Shown here piece after piece: positions 1-8,431 of a DNA stretch of 18,407 nucleotides. The stretch is from an uncultured bacterium (lineage in GTDB: Bacteria > CSSED10-310 > CAZUFC01). The notes beneath the pieces were generated by a model that was not told where the DNA came from, searched no databases, and saw only the letters and a program-made list of their open reading frames with translations. The stretch is from positions 22,290 through 40,696 of the forward strand of contig CAZUFC010000076.1 of the NCBI GenBank assembly GCA_964619725.1. The letters are read 5' to 3'. How positions within the stretch are numbered: the stretch's first letter is position 1; each line of letters starts with the position of its first letter. A program made the position numbers and the translations under genes.

Positions 1-2110
1 TCAGTGTGGGCGAACGGGTCGGACTGCATGTTGAGGTAGGCGTCAGTGTGGGCGTCCTGGTTGGGGTGTTAGTTACCGTGTAGCTGGCGGTCGGCGTTCG
101 GGTCGGGGTTCTGGTAGGAGTCAGCGTCGACGTCGGCGTTCGAGTCGGGGTTCTGGTCGGACTGCATGTCGCCGTAGGCGTCCGCGTCGGGCTTGAAGTC
201 GGAGTTCGTGTAGGACTCAACGTCGATGTCGCGGTCTTCGTCGGCGTCAGGGTCGGACTGCATGTCGACGTCGGCGTGCGCGTGGGACTTGACGTCGCCG
301 TCGCGGTCAGGGTTGGAGTTCGGGTGGGACTCAACGTCGACGTCGCGGTCTTCGTCGGCGTCCGGGTCGGACTGCATGTCGACGTCGGCGTGCGCGTGGG
401 ACTTGACGTCGCCGTCGCGGTCAGGGTTGGAGTTCGGGTGGGACTCAACGTCGACGTCGCGGTCTTCGTCGGCGTCCGGGTCGGACTGCACGTCGCCGTC
501 GGCGTGCGCGTAGGGCTTGACGTTGCCGTCGGGGTCAAGGTCGGCGTCAGCGTAACGGTCTGGGTCATCGTCGGCGTTAAAGTGGGAGTTTGGGTCGGCG
601 TTGGAGGTATCCAGTTGCCGTATTCTATTTCAACGTATTCCGAGGGGTCCAGATCAAGCATTACTTCCAGGCCGGTAGTGCATTGCCATCCCGGTTCCAG
701 AGTTTCACGCAGATAATATATCCCGACGGGTACGGCGCTGAAGGTATAACTGCCGTTATCCGTCGAGCCGCTTTCATATATGGTCGTTCCATTTTCTTCA
801 TAGAGGGTAAACCACCAGTCGTCCAGAAACGGTTCGCCCAGGTCGCGCATGCCGTCGCCGTCCAGATCGTGAAATTTTTTGACGGTTACGGCCGGCAGGG
901 GGATGTTGCCGAAATTGACCACCAGGGATTCCCCTGTAACCAAATCAACCGTCTGCGATACAGGCGTCGTATTTTTCCAGTCAGAAGGCAATTCTTCCAT
1001 CAACGTATATTGCCCGGGGGTCAGGCTGTCGAAAATGGCGTTGCCGTTGCTGTTGGTCGTCTTCGTATCGATTAAAATGCTGTTCTGATACAGATAAATC
1101 GTCCAGTTTTCGAGGTTTTCTTCATTGTCCTGCTGAACGCCGTCCATATTGATGTCCAGAAACTTGTGCCCTATAATCGTTCCTTCATACAACCATTCTC
1201 CGATGGCTTCCGAAAAGACGTTTCCCGTAACCGGTTCCGCAAGAACAAGTTTCTGCTTACCCGGATCAACGGGCACAAAGATAGTGCCCCGAGGCAGGGA
1301 AAAAGTCGCCTCCGCGGTTATATTCGCCAATCCGGGATTCCCGGTGGTATTCGTTACAGTGAAAAAAGCTTCGCCGTATTCGTTCGTTATCACTGTGGAA
1401 TCGCTTAATACTCCGAAATCCGTACTTAAATCGACTTCAAGCCCTTCCACAGGCTGCAGGTTCTGGGTAGCTTCCACAGTATAAGGAATAACGGTTTCCG
1501 GCAGCGTCACCGTGCCGTATGCCGGAGATATCGATAAATCAGGAGGGTCCTGAGGCAATACGCAGGGATCAGGAACAGAATCGATTATCTCCTGGGTTCG
1601 TTGCTTTACCTCCGGATAGGAATCATCCACAATGAAACCGTCTGAAAAATACCACACCGCAGCCTGTCTCGCCGCAGCTTCCATATTGGTCAATTCCGGT
1701 CCCGGAGGCAGGGAATTCAGTATCCAGGTTATCTGGCAGGGCGTCGGTCCTGCGCTGGTGAACTGGTCGCCGATATATATCGGGTTCAATAAATCTATGC
1801 AGAATGAGTGCACCAGATCGCCCGTGTCCGGCGGTATCCGCACGTTTATCACGCCAGAGTAAATCGATTCTCCGCCGTACGCATTGCCGGAAATATACAT
1901 GCCCGGATAAATGCTTTCAATTTCTCCCGTTACAGGGTCCCGGTCGCCGTTGGTGAGACTCATTACCGAGCCTTTGGACAAACCCGCCGCATTCGGCAGA
2001 CCCATGGTTCCCGTTGAGGAGGGCTCCTTCGAACGACGGAAAGTCGCTCCCGCATCAGCGCTGCAAAGGACGATCGCCAATAAAAAAATGAGAAAAATTT
2101 TACTCTTCAT
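1..2110 (-). CDS. Secreted thioester-domain (TED/TQXA-like) surface protein with two SdrD-B/CnaB-like domains and a Pro/Thr-rich stalk; 3' end truncated by the window edge
   Basis: Hand translation from ATG at 2110 (GGGGGA upstream) is open for 703 codons to the edge. It gives signal peptide [24 protein letters not shown] (Cys104, 1799-1801), [10 protein letters not shown] (1640-1669), KQKLV (Gln286, 1253-1255), two repeats of the form KFxDxxxDG...YxLxE...(F/Y)GN, then a TPT-rich repeat region. Absent from the ORF track, probably because it has no stop codon in the window. Confidence 0.9.
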   Translation of the reverse strand, partial: MKSKIFLIFLLAIVLCSADAGATFRRSKEPSSTGTMGLPNAAGLSKGSVMSLTNGDRDPVTGEIESIYPGMYISGNAYGGESIYSGVINVRIPPDTGDLVHSFCIDLLNPIYIGDQFTSAGPTPCQITWILNSLPPGPELTNMEAAARQAAVWYFSDGFIVDDSYPEVKQRTQEIIDSVPDPCVLPQDPPDLSISPAYGTVTLPETVIPYTVEATQNLQPVEGLEVDLSTDFGVLSDSTVITNEYGEAFFTVTNTTGNPGLANITAEATFSLPRGTIFVPVDPGKQKLVLAEPVTGNVFSEAIGEWLYEGTIIGHKFLDINMDGVQQDNEENLENWTIYLYQNSILIDTKTTNSNGNAIFDSLTPGQYTLMEELPSDWKNTTPVSQTVDLVTGESLVVNFGNIPLPAVTVKKFHDLDGDGMRDLGEPFLDDWWFTLYEENGTTIYESGSTDNGSYTFSAVPVGIYYLRETLEPGWQCTTGLEVMLDLDPSEYVEIEYGNWIPPTPTQTPTLTPTMTQTVTLTPTLTPTATSSPTRTPTATCSPTRTPTKTATSTLSPTRTPTLTATATSSPTRTPTSTCSPTRTPTKTATSTLSPTRTPTLTATATSSPTRTPTSTCSPTLTPTKTATSTLSPTRTPTSSPTRTPTATCSPTRTPTRTPTSTLTPTRTPTRTPTASYTVTNTPTRTPTLTPTSTCSPTRSPTL
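213..491 (-). repeat. 114-bp (38-aa) near-perfect tandem repeat, about 2.4 copies, inside the Pro/Thr stalk (stalk spans about 1-607)
   Basis: GGTCGGACTGCA recurs at 251, 365 and 479 (period 114). The unit translates as [38 protein letters not shown]. Confidence 0.9.
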
Positions 2111-2177
2111 AAGCTTAATCCCCCGATTTTGATTCCGGGCGTTTTCGTTTCCCGGCTAATTCGTCTGTATCAGAATA

Positions 2178-2207
2178 ATTTTAATATTTCACAGCCGGGA
2201 ATGTCAA
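2178..2207 (-). promoter_or_regulatory. Putative sigma70 promoter for the thioester-domain gene
   Basis: Minus strand reads TTGACA-N18-TAAAAT, about 70 bp upstream of the ATG at 2110. Confidence 0.55.
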
Positions 2208-2444
2208 ATTCATTTTGTGAATTTTCTGTATTATATTAAAAATTCGGTGTTGATCCAAATAACCGGGTTATTTGGAATCGATTGCAAAGATTCCGCTATC
2301 GCCGACATCAGGGATTATTACGGATAAAAGAAGAATTGATTCGCGAAAATTAAAATCCCCTTTTGATCAGTCCCAAAGATATTTTCCTGCTGTGACCTTC
2401 CCGTTTAGTATGACGAATTTTTTTGAATAACGATTATTTTTATG

Positions 2445-2762
2445 GTGTATTTTTCCTAAGTCAAGGAAGGCAAGAATTTGCGAAGGAAGTATTATTTAGT
2501 TTTTGTCCATAAACGGCGAATTTCCCCAAATTCTGCGTCAGTCTTCGGATTTGCTCAGTCAACGTATCAGCAACATCCCTGCCTCGCAAATCATTACCAT
2601 CCTTGTCTTAAGAAAAATTCGCTCGTTTATGGATCAAAAACCGCAGTGACTGTCCAGCATTAAATTTTGAATCGACAATCGAGTTTATGGACAGTCACTA
2701 TTTATACGTTGACTGAGCAAATCCGCATGCTGACGCATCTTAAAAAAATTCCCCGTTTACGA
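2445..2762. mobile_element. Nested miniature inverted-repeat (MITE-like) elements, non-autonomous
   Basis: The inner element 2499-2641 has imperfect ~25-bp terminal inverted repeats (GTTTTTGTCCATAAACGGCGAATTT / AAATTCGCTCGTTTATGGATCAAAAAC). Segments 2451-2486 and 2704-2761 are reverse-complement copies of its two halves. A further 12-bp perfect inverted repeat lies at 2645-2656/2688-2699. No transposase ORF is present. Confidence 0.6.
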
Positions 2763-3116
2763 AAAGAAAGTGGCGTTTATTTCCCCTTTTATAGAGATCG
2801 GTCGCATTAGCAGCGACCGATAGGTCAGTCCGGACTGAACGAAACTATCGGCCTTTGAATTTGGATGGCAGGAAATAAGTTGTTTGGAGCAACAAACTGA
2901 AGAAAAAGGAGGGAATGGCGAAATCGCATTCATTTTCTGTTTTGTCATTTTCGAGACTATTAATTTCATCTTTCGCCGCCCCTCAGTTTTTCATTCAGAA
3001 CGTTTACTCAAATTAACATACAGTCCTCTGCTCCGGATGTTTCATTTTTTTCCAGTTTCCAGGAATAAATTTATCGCCTGCCGATTTTTTTTATCGGCTG
3101 TTTTTGCGGTAAAAGA

Positions 3117-3146
3117 TTGACACCTGCCGTTCCGTTTGTTTAGCAT
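3117..3146 (+). promoter_or_regulatory. Putative sigma70 promoter for the radical SAM gene
   Basis: TTGACA-N18-TAGCAT, ending 30 bp upstream of the ATG at 3177. Confidence 0.5.
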
Positions 3147-3176
3147 TGCCGTGGAACCGCAAAGGGGCTGAAGAAA

Positions 3177-4679
3177 ATGAAACGGGTCATATTAGTAAAT
3201 CCTCATCATGAACCGAACTGGGATTATAAGGGGGGAAAGGCCGCCTGGCCGATCCATTTGTTGTATCTGGGGACAGCGCTTTCACGAGGGGGATACGAAC
3301 CATTAATCGTAGATACATGCAAGGAGCCGAATTATAAAGAAAAAATTAAACGCTCTTTGCAGGATTGTCTTTATGTGGGGATATCGGCCATGACGCCCCA
3401 GGTGCGTCATGGCATGGAAATAGCGCGTTTTATAAAGGGCGTTCGTGCGGAGGTTCCCGTGATATGGGGCGGTATCCATCCCACGTTGTTTCCGGAGAGT
3501 TGCCGGAGTCCATATTGCGATGCGGCGGCGATGGGCGAAGGGGATCAGACTGTCGTAGAGCTGGCGGAAGTTTACGAGGGCAAAAAAGCATTGGAAGATG
3601 TAGCCGGGATTTGTTTTATGAAAGAGGGCAGGCCGTTTCAGACTATGGAGCGGAAACCTGCGGACATGAGCGAGCTTCCCTTTCCGGATTACAGTCTTAT
3701 TGATCTTGAATCATATATTAACTCTTACGTGATACAGTTGAAACGAAAATCGAGGATCGTCCCTGTGCATGCGGCGCGAGGTTGTCCCTGGCGATGTTCT
3801 TTTTGCATCAACACGACAGTCAACGAGACCAGGAAACACCGTAAAGTTCCTGTTGGGAGGCTTCTGGATGAGATAGAATTTCTGAAGCGGGAATATGATG
3901 CAGAAGGTATCATGCTGCAGGATGAAGAATTTTTTGCGGACCGTTCATATTTTTACCGGTTCCTGGAAGGCATAGAAACAAGAAATATAAAAGTAATGCT
4001 TTATGCCACCTGCAGGGTGAATCATTTCCGCAAGTCGTACATTTCATCGGAACTGCTTGAGCGGATGAAGGAATGCGGATTCACCGACCTGGTTTTCGGG
4101 ATAGAATCCGGTTCTGAGCGTGCGCTGAAAATCATCCGGAAAGATATTACGCTCAACATGGTAAGACGGACCGTCGATCTTCTGAAGGACACCGGCATAC
4201 ACGCTGTTTACGGTTTTATCGCAGCCATTCCGGGCGAAACGAAGGATGATTTGCTGAAAACCCTTCACCTGATGGATGAAATAGCGCAAACATCCGAAAA
4301 CATCTATTTTATCGGCCCTCAGATTTTCCGGCCTTATCCCGGTTCAGAGCTGTATCGGGAAGCGGAAAAACTAGGTTTCCGATCTCCGGAAGACCTGGAA
4401 GGATGGGCTGATTCACAATTCACGGAAGAAGGATATCTGGACGTTGAGGCATTGCCGTGGATGGGACGTGACGCGGATTTTTATCGTTTGATCAACGTTT
4501 CTGCGCCGATTATTTTTAACCTTGAATACCTCAACCTGTCTCCCCTGAAGAAAAAAGCTTATTCCATGCTTCGCCGTTTGCTGCTGTGGCGGTTGAGGAA
4601 CGACAAATGGAAATTTCCGATTGAGATAAGGCTACATCAATCGTTGAAGAAAATGGCGAAATTATTGACTTCCCGTTAA
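3177..4679 (+). CDS. Cobalamin-binding-domain radical SAM protein (class B methyltransferase-like)
   Basis: N-terminal B12-binding fold (VGISAMT...VIWGGIHPT, GEGD), RGCPWRCSFC CxxxCxxC motif, GIESGS and PYPGS motifs. Confidence 0.9.
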   Translation: MKRVILVNPHHEPNWDYKGGKAAWPIHLLYLGTALSRGGYEPLIVDTCKEPNYKEKIKRSLQDCLYVGISAMTPQVRHGMEIARFIKGVRAEVPVIWGGIHPTLFPESCRSPYCDAAAMGEGDQTVVELAEVYEGKKALEDVAGICFMKEGRPFQTMERKPADMSELPFPDYSLIDLESYINSYVIQLKRKSRIVPVHAARGCPWRCSFCINTTVNETRKHRKVPVGRLLDEIEFLKREYDAEGIMLQDEEFFADRSYFYRFLEGIETRNIKVMLYATCRVNHFRKSYISSELLERMKECGFTDLVFGIESGSERALKIIRKDITLNMVRRTVDLLKDTGIHAVYGFIAAIPGETKDDLLKTLHLMDEIAQTSENIYFIGPQIFRPYPGSELYREAEKLGFRSPEDLEGWADSQFTEEGYLDVEALPWMGRDADFYRLINVSAPIIFNLEYLNLSPLKKKAYSMLRRLLLWRLRNDKWKFPIEIRLHQSLKKMAKLLTSR

Positions 4680-4775
4680 CCGTTCAAGCCGGAGGAGTGT
4701 TTTTCAGGCATTGAAACGCGTACAGCGATCATCATTTTTGCAGGGCATTATGAACATCAAACGGAGGAAAAGGAA

Positions 4776-5525
4776 TTGAAATACAGCATCGTTACCGGCG
4801 TTTCGCGTGGACTCGGAGAAGCGCTGGCGTTACGATTATTGCAGTCAGGCCATTATGTCTTCGGCATATCGCGAAATCGAAACGAAAAGCTTTTGGACAA
4901 CGGAAAAAAATTTCCGGGAAAACTGGAATATTTTGAACAGGATTTAACCGGTTTCGACGAGCTGCCGGCGCTGATGCAAAATATCTTTTCACGAATAGAG
5001 GAAAAGCCCCAGAGAATAGGATTAATCAACAATGCAGGAATAGTTCAGCCTGTGGGTCCGCTGGAATCCGCTTCAGGGAAAGAAATAGCGAGCAACATCA
5101 ACGTAAATCTAATTGCTCCCATGATGTTAACGGGTCTGTTCATAAGGAACAGTAAGCGTTTTGATAAAATTGAGAAGCGAATCATCAGCATCAGTTCGGG
5201 AGCGGCCATACATCCTTATGCGGGTTGGAGCTGTTACTGTGCAGCCAAGGCGGGCATTAATATGTTCACTCGTTGCACAGCTCTGGATATGGATGAAAAA
5301 AGCAATAATGTAAAAATAATTACTCTGGCCCCCGGGGTCATTAACACTTCCATGCAGGGCGTCATTCGAGAAACTTCAAAGGCTGATTTTCCTCAAAAAG
5401 AGAAATTCATACGATTATATGAAGAGGGGATGCTGACGTCTCCCGAAAAAGCGGCGAAATCAATCGTCAAGCTGTATGAAAGCGAAGATTTTCCTCAGGG
5501 CGAATTTCTTGATGTGAGGGATTGA
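4776..5525 (+). CDS. Short-chain dehydrogenase/reductase, benzil reductase (YueD)/sepiapterin reductase-like
   Basis: TGVSRGLG nucleotide-binding motif, LINNAG, ISSGAA, catalytic YCAAK, APGVINTSMQ. TTG start preceded by GGAGG. Confidence 0.88.
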   Translation: MKYSIVTGVSRGLGEALALRLLQSGHYVFGISRNRNEKLLDNGKKFPGKLEYFEQDLTGFDELPALMQNIFSRIEEKPQRIGLINNAGIVQPVGPLESASGKEIASNINVNLIAPMMLTGLFIRNSKRFDKIEKRIISISSGAAIHPYAGWSCYCAAKAGINMFTRCTALDMDEKSNNVKIITLAPGVINTSMQGVIRETSKADFPQKEKFIRLYEEGMLTSPEKAAKSIVKLYESEDFPQGEFLDVRD

Positions 5526-5742
5526 AATGAACTTTTTTCTGACCGCATACGGCCGATTTTTGAACTTTCGCAGGCCGTCCGGCGGAAAGAATAAGGGGTA
5601 AGAAATCAAGAAAATGAAGGACAAAACAGGATAAAAAGTGGATTTCTTAGTGGAGATGCTATATTTTAAGTTGAGAAAATCGACGACGAACCGGAACTCC
5701 TATTGCAGGTTCGCCGATTGATTATAAGGAGGTTACGAGATC

Positions 5743-8427
5743 ATGTTTTTAAGGAAATCGGGAAAAGGATCGCCGCCGTCTGAAGCCGGTTACAGGTTTC
5801 GAGGCAGCCGAGTGATCATTTTTCTATTGTCGTTCATCTTTCTTTGGGGGACTTTTTCTTTGACGGTTTACGCGCATTATTGTCCGAAGACTTTTACTTA
5901 TGATGAACACGGCGAGCCTGCGAACGAGGTGTTGCTGACGGGAAGTTTTACAGACTGGGCTTCTGAGCCCCCGGATGCTTATGAGATGGAAGACGACGAT
6001 AATGACGGCATATGGGAAGTAACGGTTGAATTGGATATTGGGACTTATCTTTACAAGTTTATAGTGGATGGAGAGTGGGTGCAGGACCCTGACAACAGCG
6101 ATGAGAGTCCGGACGGACACGGCGGTTATAATTCCGTAGTGCACGTTGAATGCCCCTATCCGCGATTTCTGATAACCTCATATAACGTGGACGACGATCA
6201 GCGAAGATGTGAAGCGACATTGGAGATGCAGCCTGCGGGCGCTGATCTTGACGGGACAACGGTAACGGTGACGCTGGATCACGAACCGGCTCCGGGCACA
6301 TGGGACGTAAACGGCAACGCGGTGACGCTGGACGTCGGTTCTCTGGCCGACGGCATTCATGACGTAAGGGTTTACGGAGAGGACCTGGACGGCCGGCCAG
6401 TGGAGCCTGCGATACTAAAAGCCTACATCAACGTTTCAGAAGATTGGCATGATGCTACGCTCTATTTTACAATGACGGATAGATTTTTAAACGGCGATTC
6501 CGGCAATGATGCGCCGCTGAACGACATTCCCTGGCAGACGAATTACCAGGGCGGCGATTTTCAGGGCATAATCGACAAGATAGAAGATGGATACTTCGAA
6601 GACCTGGGGGTCAACGCTTTATGGATATCCTGGCCGGGCGACAATGCCGAGAATCCGGGAGGCGGGTACTACGGGAACACTACTGAATGCGGTCTGCAGT
6701 GGGGCGACCCCGTGGACTGGATATGGGTTGAATTCAGCGCTTTTCATGGTTACTGGCCTGCGAAACTTTATGAATCGGAACAGCGTTTCGGCACGATGAG
6801 CGAATTGAACGAACTTGTAGACAAGGCTCACGAACGGGGCATTCGCGTGCTTCTGGACCTGGTAATCAATCATGTTCATGAAGAATCCCCTTATTTTTCC
6901 GGGAGCCCGGATTATTTTTTCCATTATCCCATGCAGATATGCCAGGAGACCTGGTGGCAATTCCCCATCACATGCTGGTTCACGGCTTTTCTGCCTGATC
7001 TGAATTTCTCGCAGCAGGGCGTCATTCGAGATTTTCTGAATATGGCGGTCTGGTGGGCCAAACAGACGGGTTGCGACGGTTTTCGCGTTGATGCTTTGAA
7101 ACACGTGGAATTTGATTTCATAACCTCTTTAAGGTCCCGCATGGAAATGGAGATGGAAGGTACGGGAGTTGATTTTTATCTAGTGGGCGAAACTTTTACG
7201 GGGAATCCCGATGATATCGTTTATTTCCTGGGCGATGATCTGGTGCATGGACAGTTCGATTTCCCCCTTAACCTGCAGATATTAAAGGCCATGGCGTGGC
7301 AGGAGATAGGAATGGACGCCATGCATTCCTCCGGTCGTGAGTTTTATGACTTATACGGCGATGATGCCCTCATGTCGACCTTCATCGGGAACCATGACAT
7401 TGCCCGTTTCATCAGTGCAGCGGCAGGCGATCTGTTTTGTCCGGCCTGGGATAACATGAGTCACGTATCTCAAGGCTGGCTGAATCCGCCGAATACGCCT
7501 GACGAATACTGGCCCTATCAGAAACTACAGTTGGCATTGACCTATATTATGACTTTACCGGGCATACCCCTTATTTATTACGGCGATGAATTCGGTCTGC
7601 CGGGAGCCGGGGACCCCGACAACAGAAGAATGATGAAGTTCGGGGGAGATTTGAACAGCAATCAGCAGCAAACTCTCGATTATACGAAGATGATAGGAAA
7701 ACTGCGGCGTGATCATCCGGCTCTGCGAGCGGATTCCTGGCCTTACACGCTTCACGGAGAATGGTCGTTCCTGGTTTATTTCCGATATCATTCCGATGAG
7801 CGAATTATCGTAGCGCTAAACAGCAGCGATCAAAGCAGACAGCAAACAGTAGGTCTGACGGGGACCGGACTGGACGACGGAGACGTTTTAACGGAACTGA
7901 TCCGCGGCGGAACGGTAACGGTTCAGGACAACAGCATCACGGTAAGCGTTCCCGGCAGAAGCGCATCCATATACTCAAAAATGTACGTCTCTCCCACGCC
8001 CACTCCTACCGGTACCGGAACCTACAACCCGGACACGCGCACGCCTACGCGCACAGTCACTCCTACGCCTACGGGAGGTCCGACCGATATCACCATTGAC
8101 GTTCAGACGAGCCAGGCTTATTACGAAACCGGCGACCGTTTCTGGTTGAAGGTGTTGATAGAAAATGGAGGTCCGGACATTATTACGGATATGTATGTTA
8201 TGCTGGATGTTTACGGTGAATTTTTCTTTCATCCCTCCTGGACTTCAGAAATGGAGTATGAAATTCGCGATCTCCTGGCGAACTGGAGTTACGAATTCAA
8301 GCTTTTAGACTTCTTCTGGCCTGAAACGGGCGGTACCGCTGACGGAATCGTATTCTGGGCTATACTGAGCGACCACGAGACCCTTAACGGGCTCTGCAGC
8401 GATCAAACTGCTTTCGGATGGAGATAA
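5743..8427 (+). CDS. Secreted GH13 alpha-amylase-family glycoside hydrolase with N-terminal CBM48/E-set-like domain, Pro/Thr linker and unassigned C-terminal domain
   Basis: AAGGAGG RBS and hydrophobic signal segment. E-set/CBM motif LTGSFTDW...YLYKFIVDGEW..DP. GH13 conserved regions DRFLNGD, GGDFQGI, HGYW, DLVINH, GFRVDALKH, VGE, IGNHD and PGIPLIYYGDEFG. Linker at about 7990-8085. Confidence 0.92.
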   Translation: MFLRKSGKGSPPSEAGYRFRGSRVIIFLLSFIFLWGTFSLTVYAHYCPKTFTYDEHGEPANEVLLTGSFTDWASEPPDAYEMEDDDNDGIWEVTVELDIGTYLYKFIVDGEWVQDPDNSDESPDGHGGYNSVVHVECPYPRFLITSYNVDDDQRRCEATLEMQPAGADLDGTTVTVTLDHEPAPGTWDVNGNAVTLDVGSLADGIHDVRVYGEDLDGRPVEPAILKAYINVSEDWHDATLYFTMTDRFLNGDSGNDAPLNDIPWQTNYQGGDFQGIIDKIEDGYFEDLGVNALWISWPGDNAENPGGGYYGNTTECGLQWGDPVDWIWVEFSAFHGYWPAKLYESEQRFGTMSELNELVDKAHERGIRVLLDLVINHVHEESPYFSGSPDYFFHYPMQICQETWWQFPITCWFTAFLPDLNFSQQGVIRDFLNMAVWWAKQTGCDGFRVDALKHVEFDFITSLRSRMEMEMEGTGVDFYLVGETFTGNPDDIVYFLGDDLVHGQFDFPLNLQILKAMAWQEIGMDAMHSSGREFYDLYGDDALMSTFIGNHDIARFISAAAGDLFCPAWDNMSHVSQGWLNPPNTPDEYWPYQKLQLALTYIMTLPGIPLIYYGDEFGLPGAGDPDNRRMMKFGGDLNSNQQQTLDYTKMIGKLRRDHPALRADSWPYTLHGEWSFLVYFRYHSDERIIVALNSSDQSRQQTVGLTGTGLDDGDVLTELIRGGTVTVQDNSITVSVPGRSASIYSKMYVSPTPTPTGTGTYNPDTRTPTRTVTPTPTGGPTDITIDVQTSQAYYETGDRFWLKVLIENGGPDIITDMYVMLDVYGEFFFHPSWTSEMEYEIRDLLANWSYEFKLLDFFWPETGGTADGIVFWAILSDHETLNGLCSDQTAFGWR

Positions 8428-8431
8428 AACA

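Noticed and set aside
213-491. Possible CRISPR array
   Set aside because: The units are contiguous 114-bp in-frame coding repeats with no unique spacers, and no cas genes are present.
69-716. Repetitive ORFs 69..491 (-, Asp-rich), 226..513 (+) and 276..716 (+)
   Set aside because: They are alternative-frame or antisense shadows of the Pro/Thr repeat in the real minus-strand CDS; repeats stay open in several frames.
590-2132. Short plus-strand ORFs listed in the track
   Set aside because: All are antisense to the 703-codon thioester-domain CDS and show no recognisable motifs.
2815-2851. Hammerhead ribozyme
   Set aside because: CGAAAC follows a stem, but the required CUGANGA core reads CCGAUAG.
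2478-3120. Small ORFs 2478..2663, 2757..2969 and 2884..3120
   Set aside because: They overlap inverted-repeat elements or AT-rich promoter DNA, lack a convincing RBS and show no transposase or other motif.
3177-5525. Radical SAM + SDR as a RiPP or natural-product cluster
   Set aside because: No precursor peptide, transporter or other tailoring genes are adjacent; co-orientation alone is not enough.
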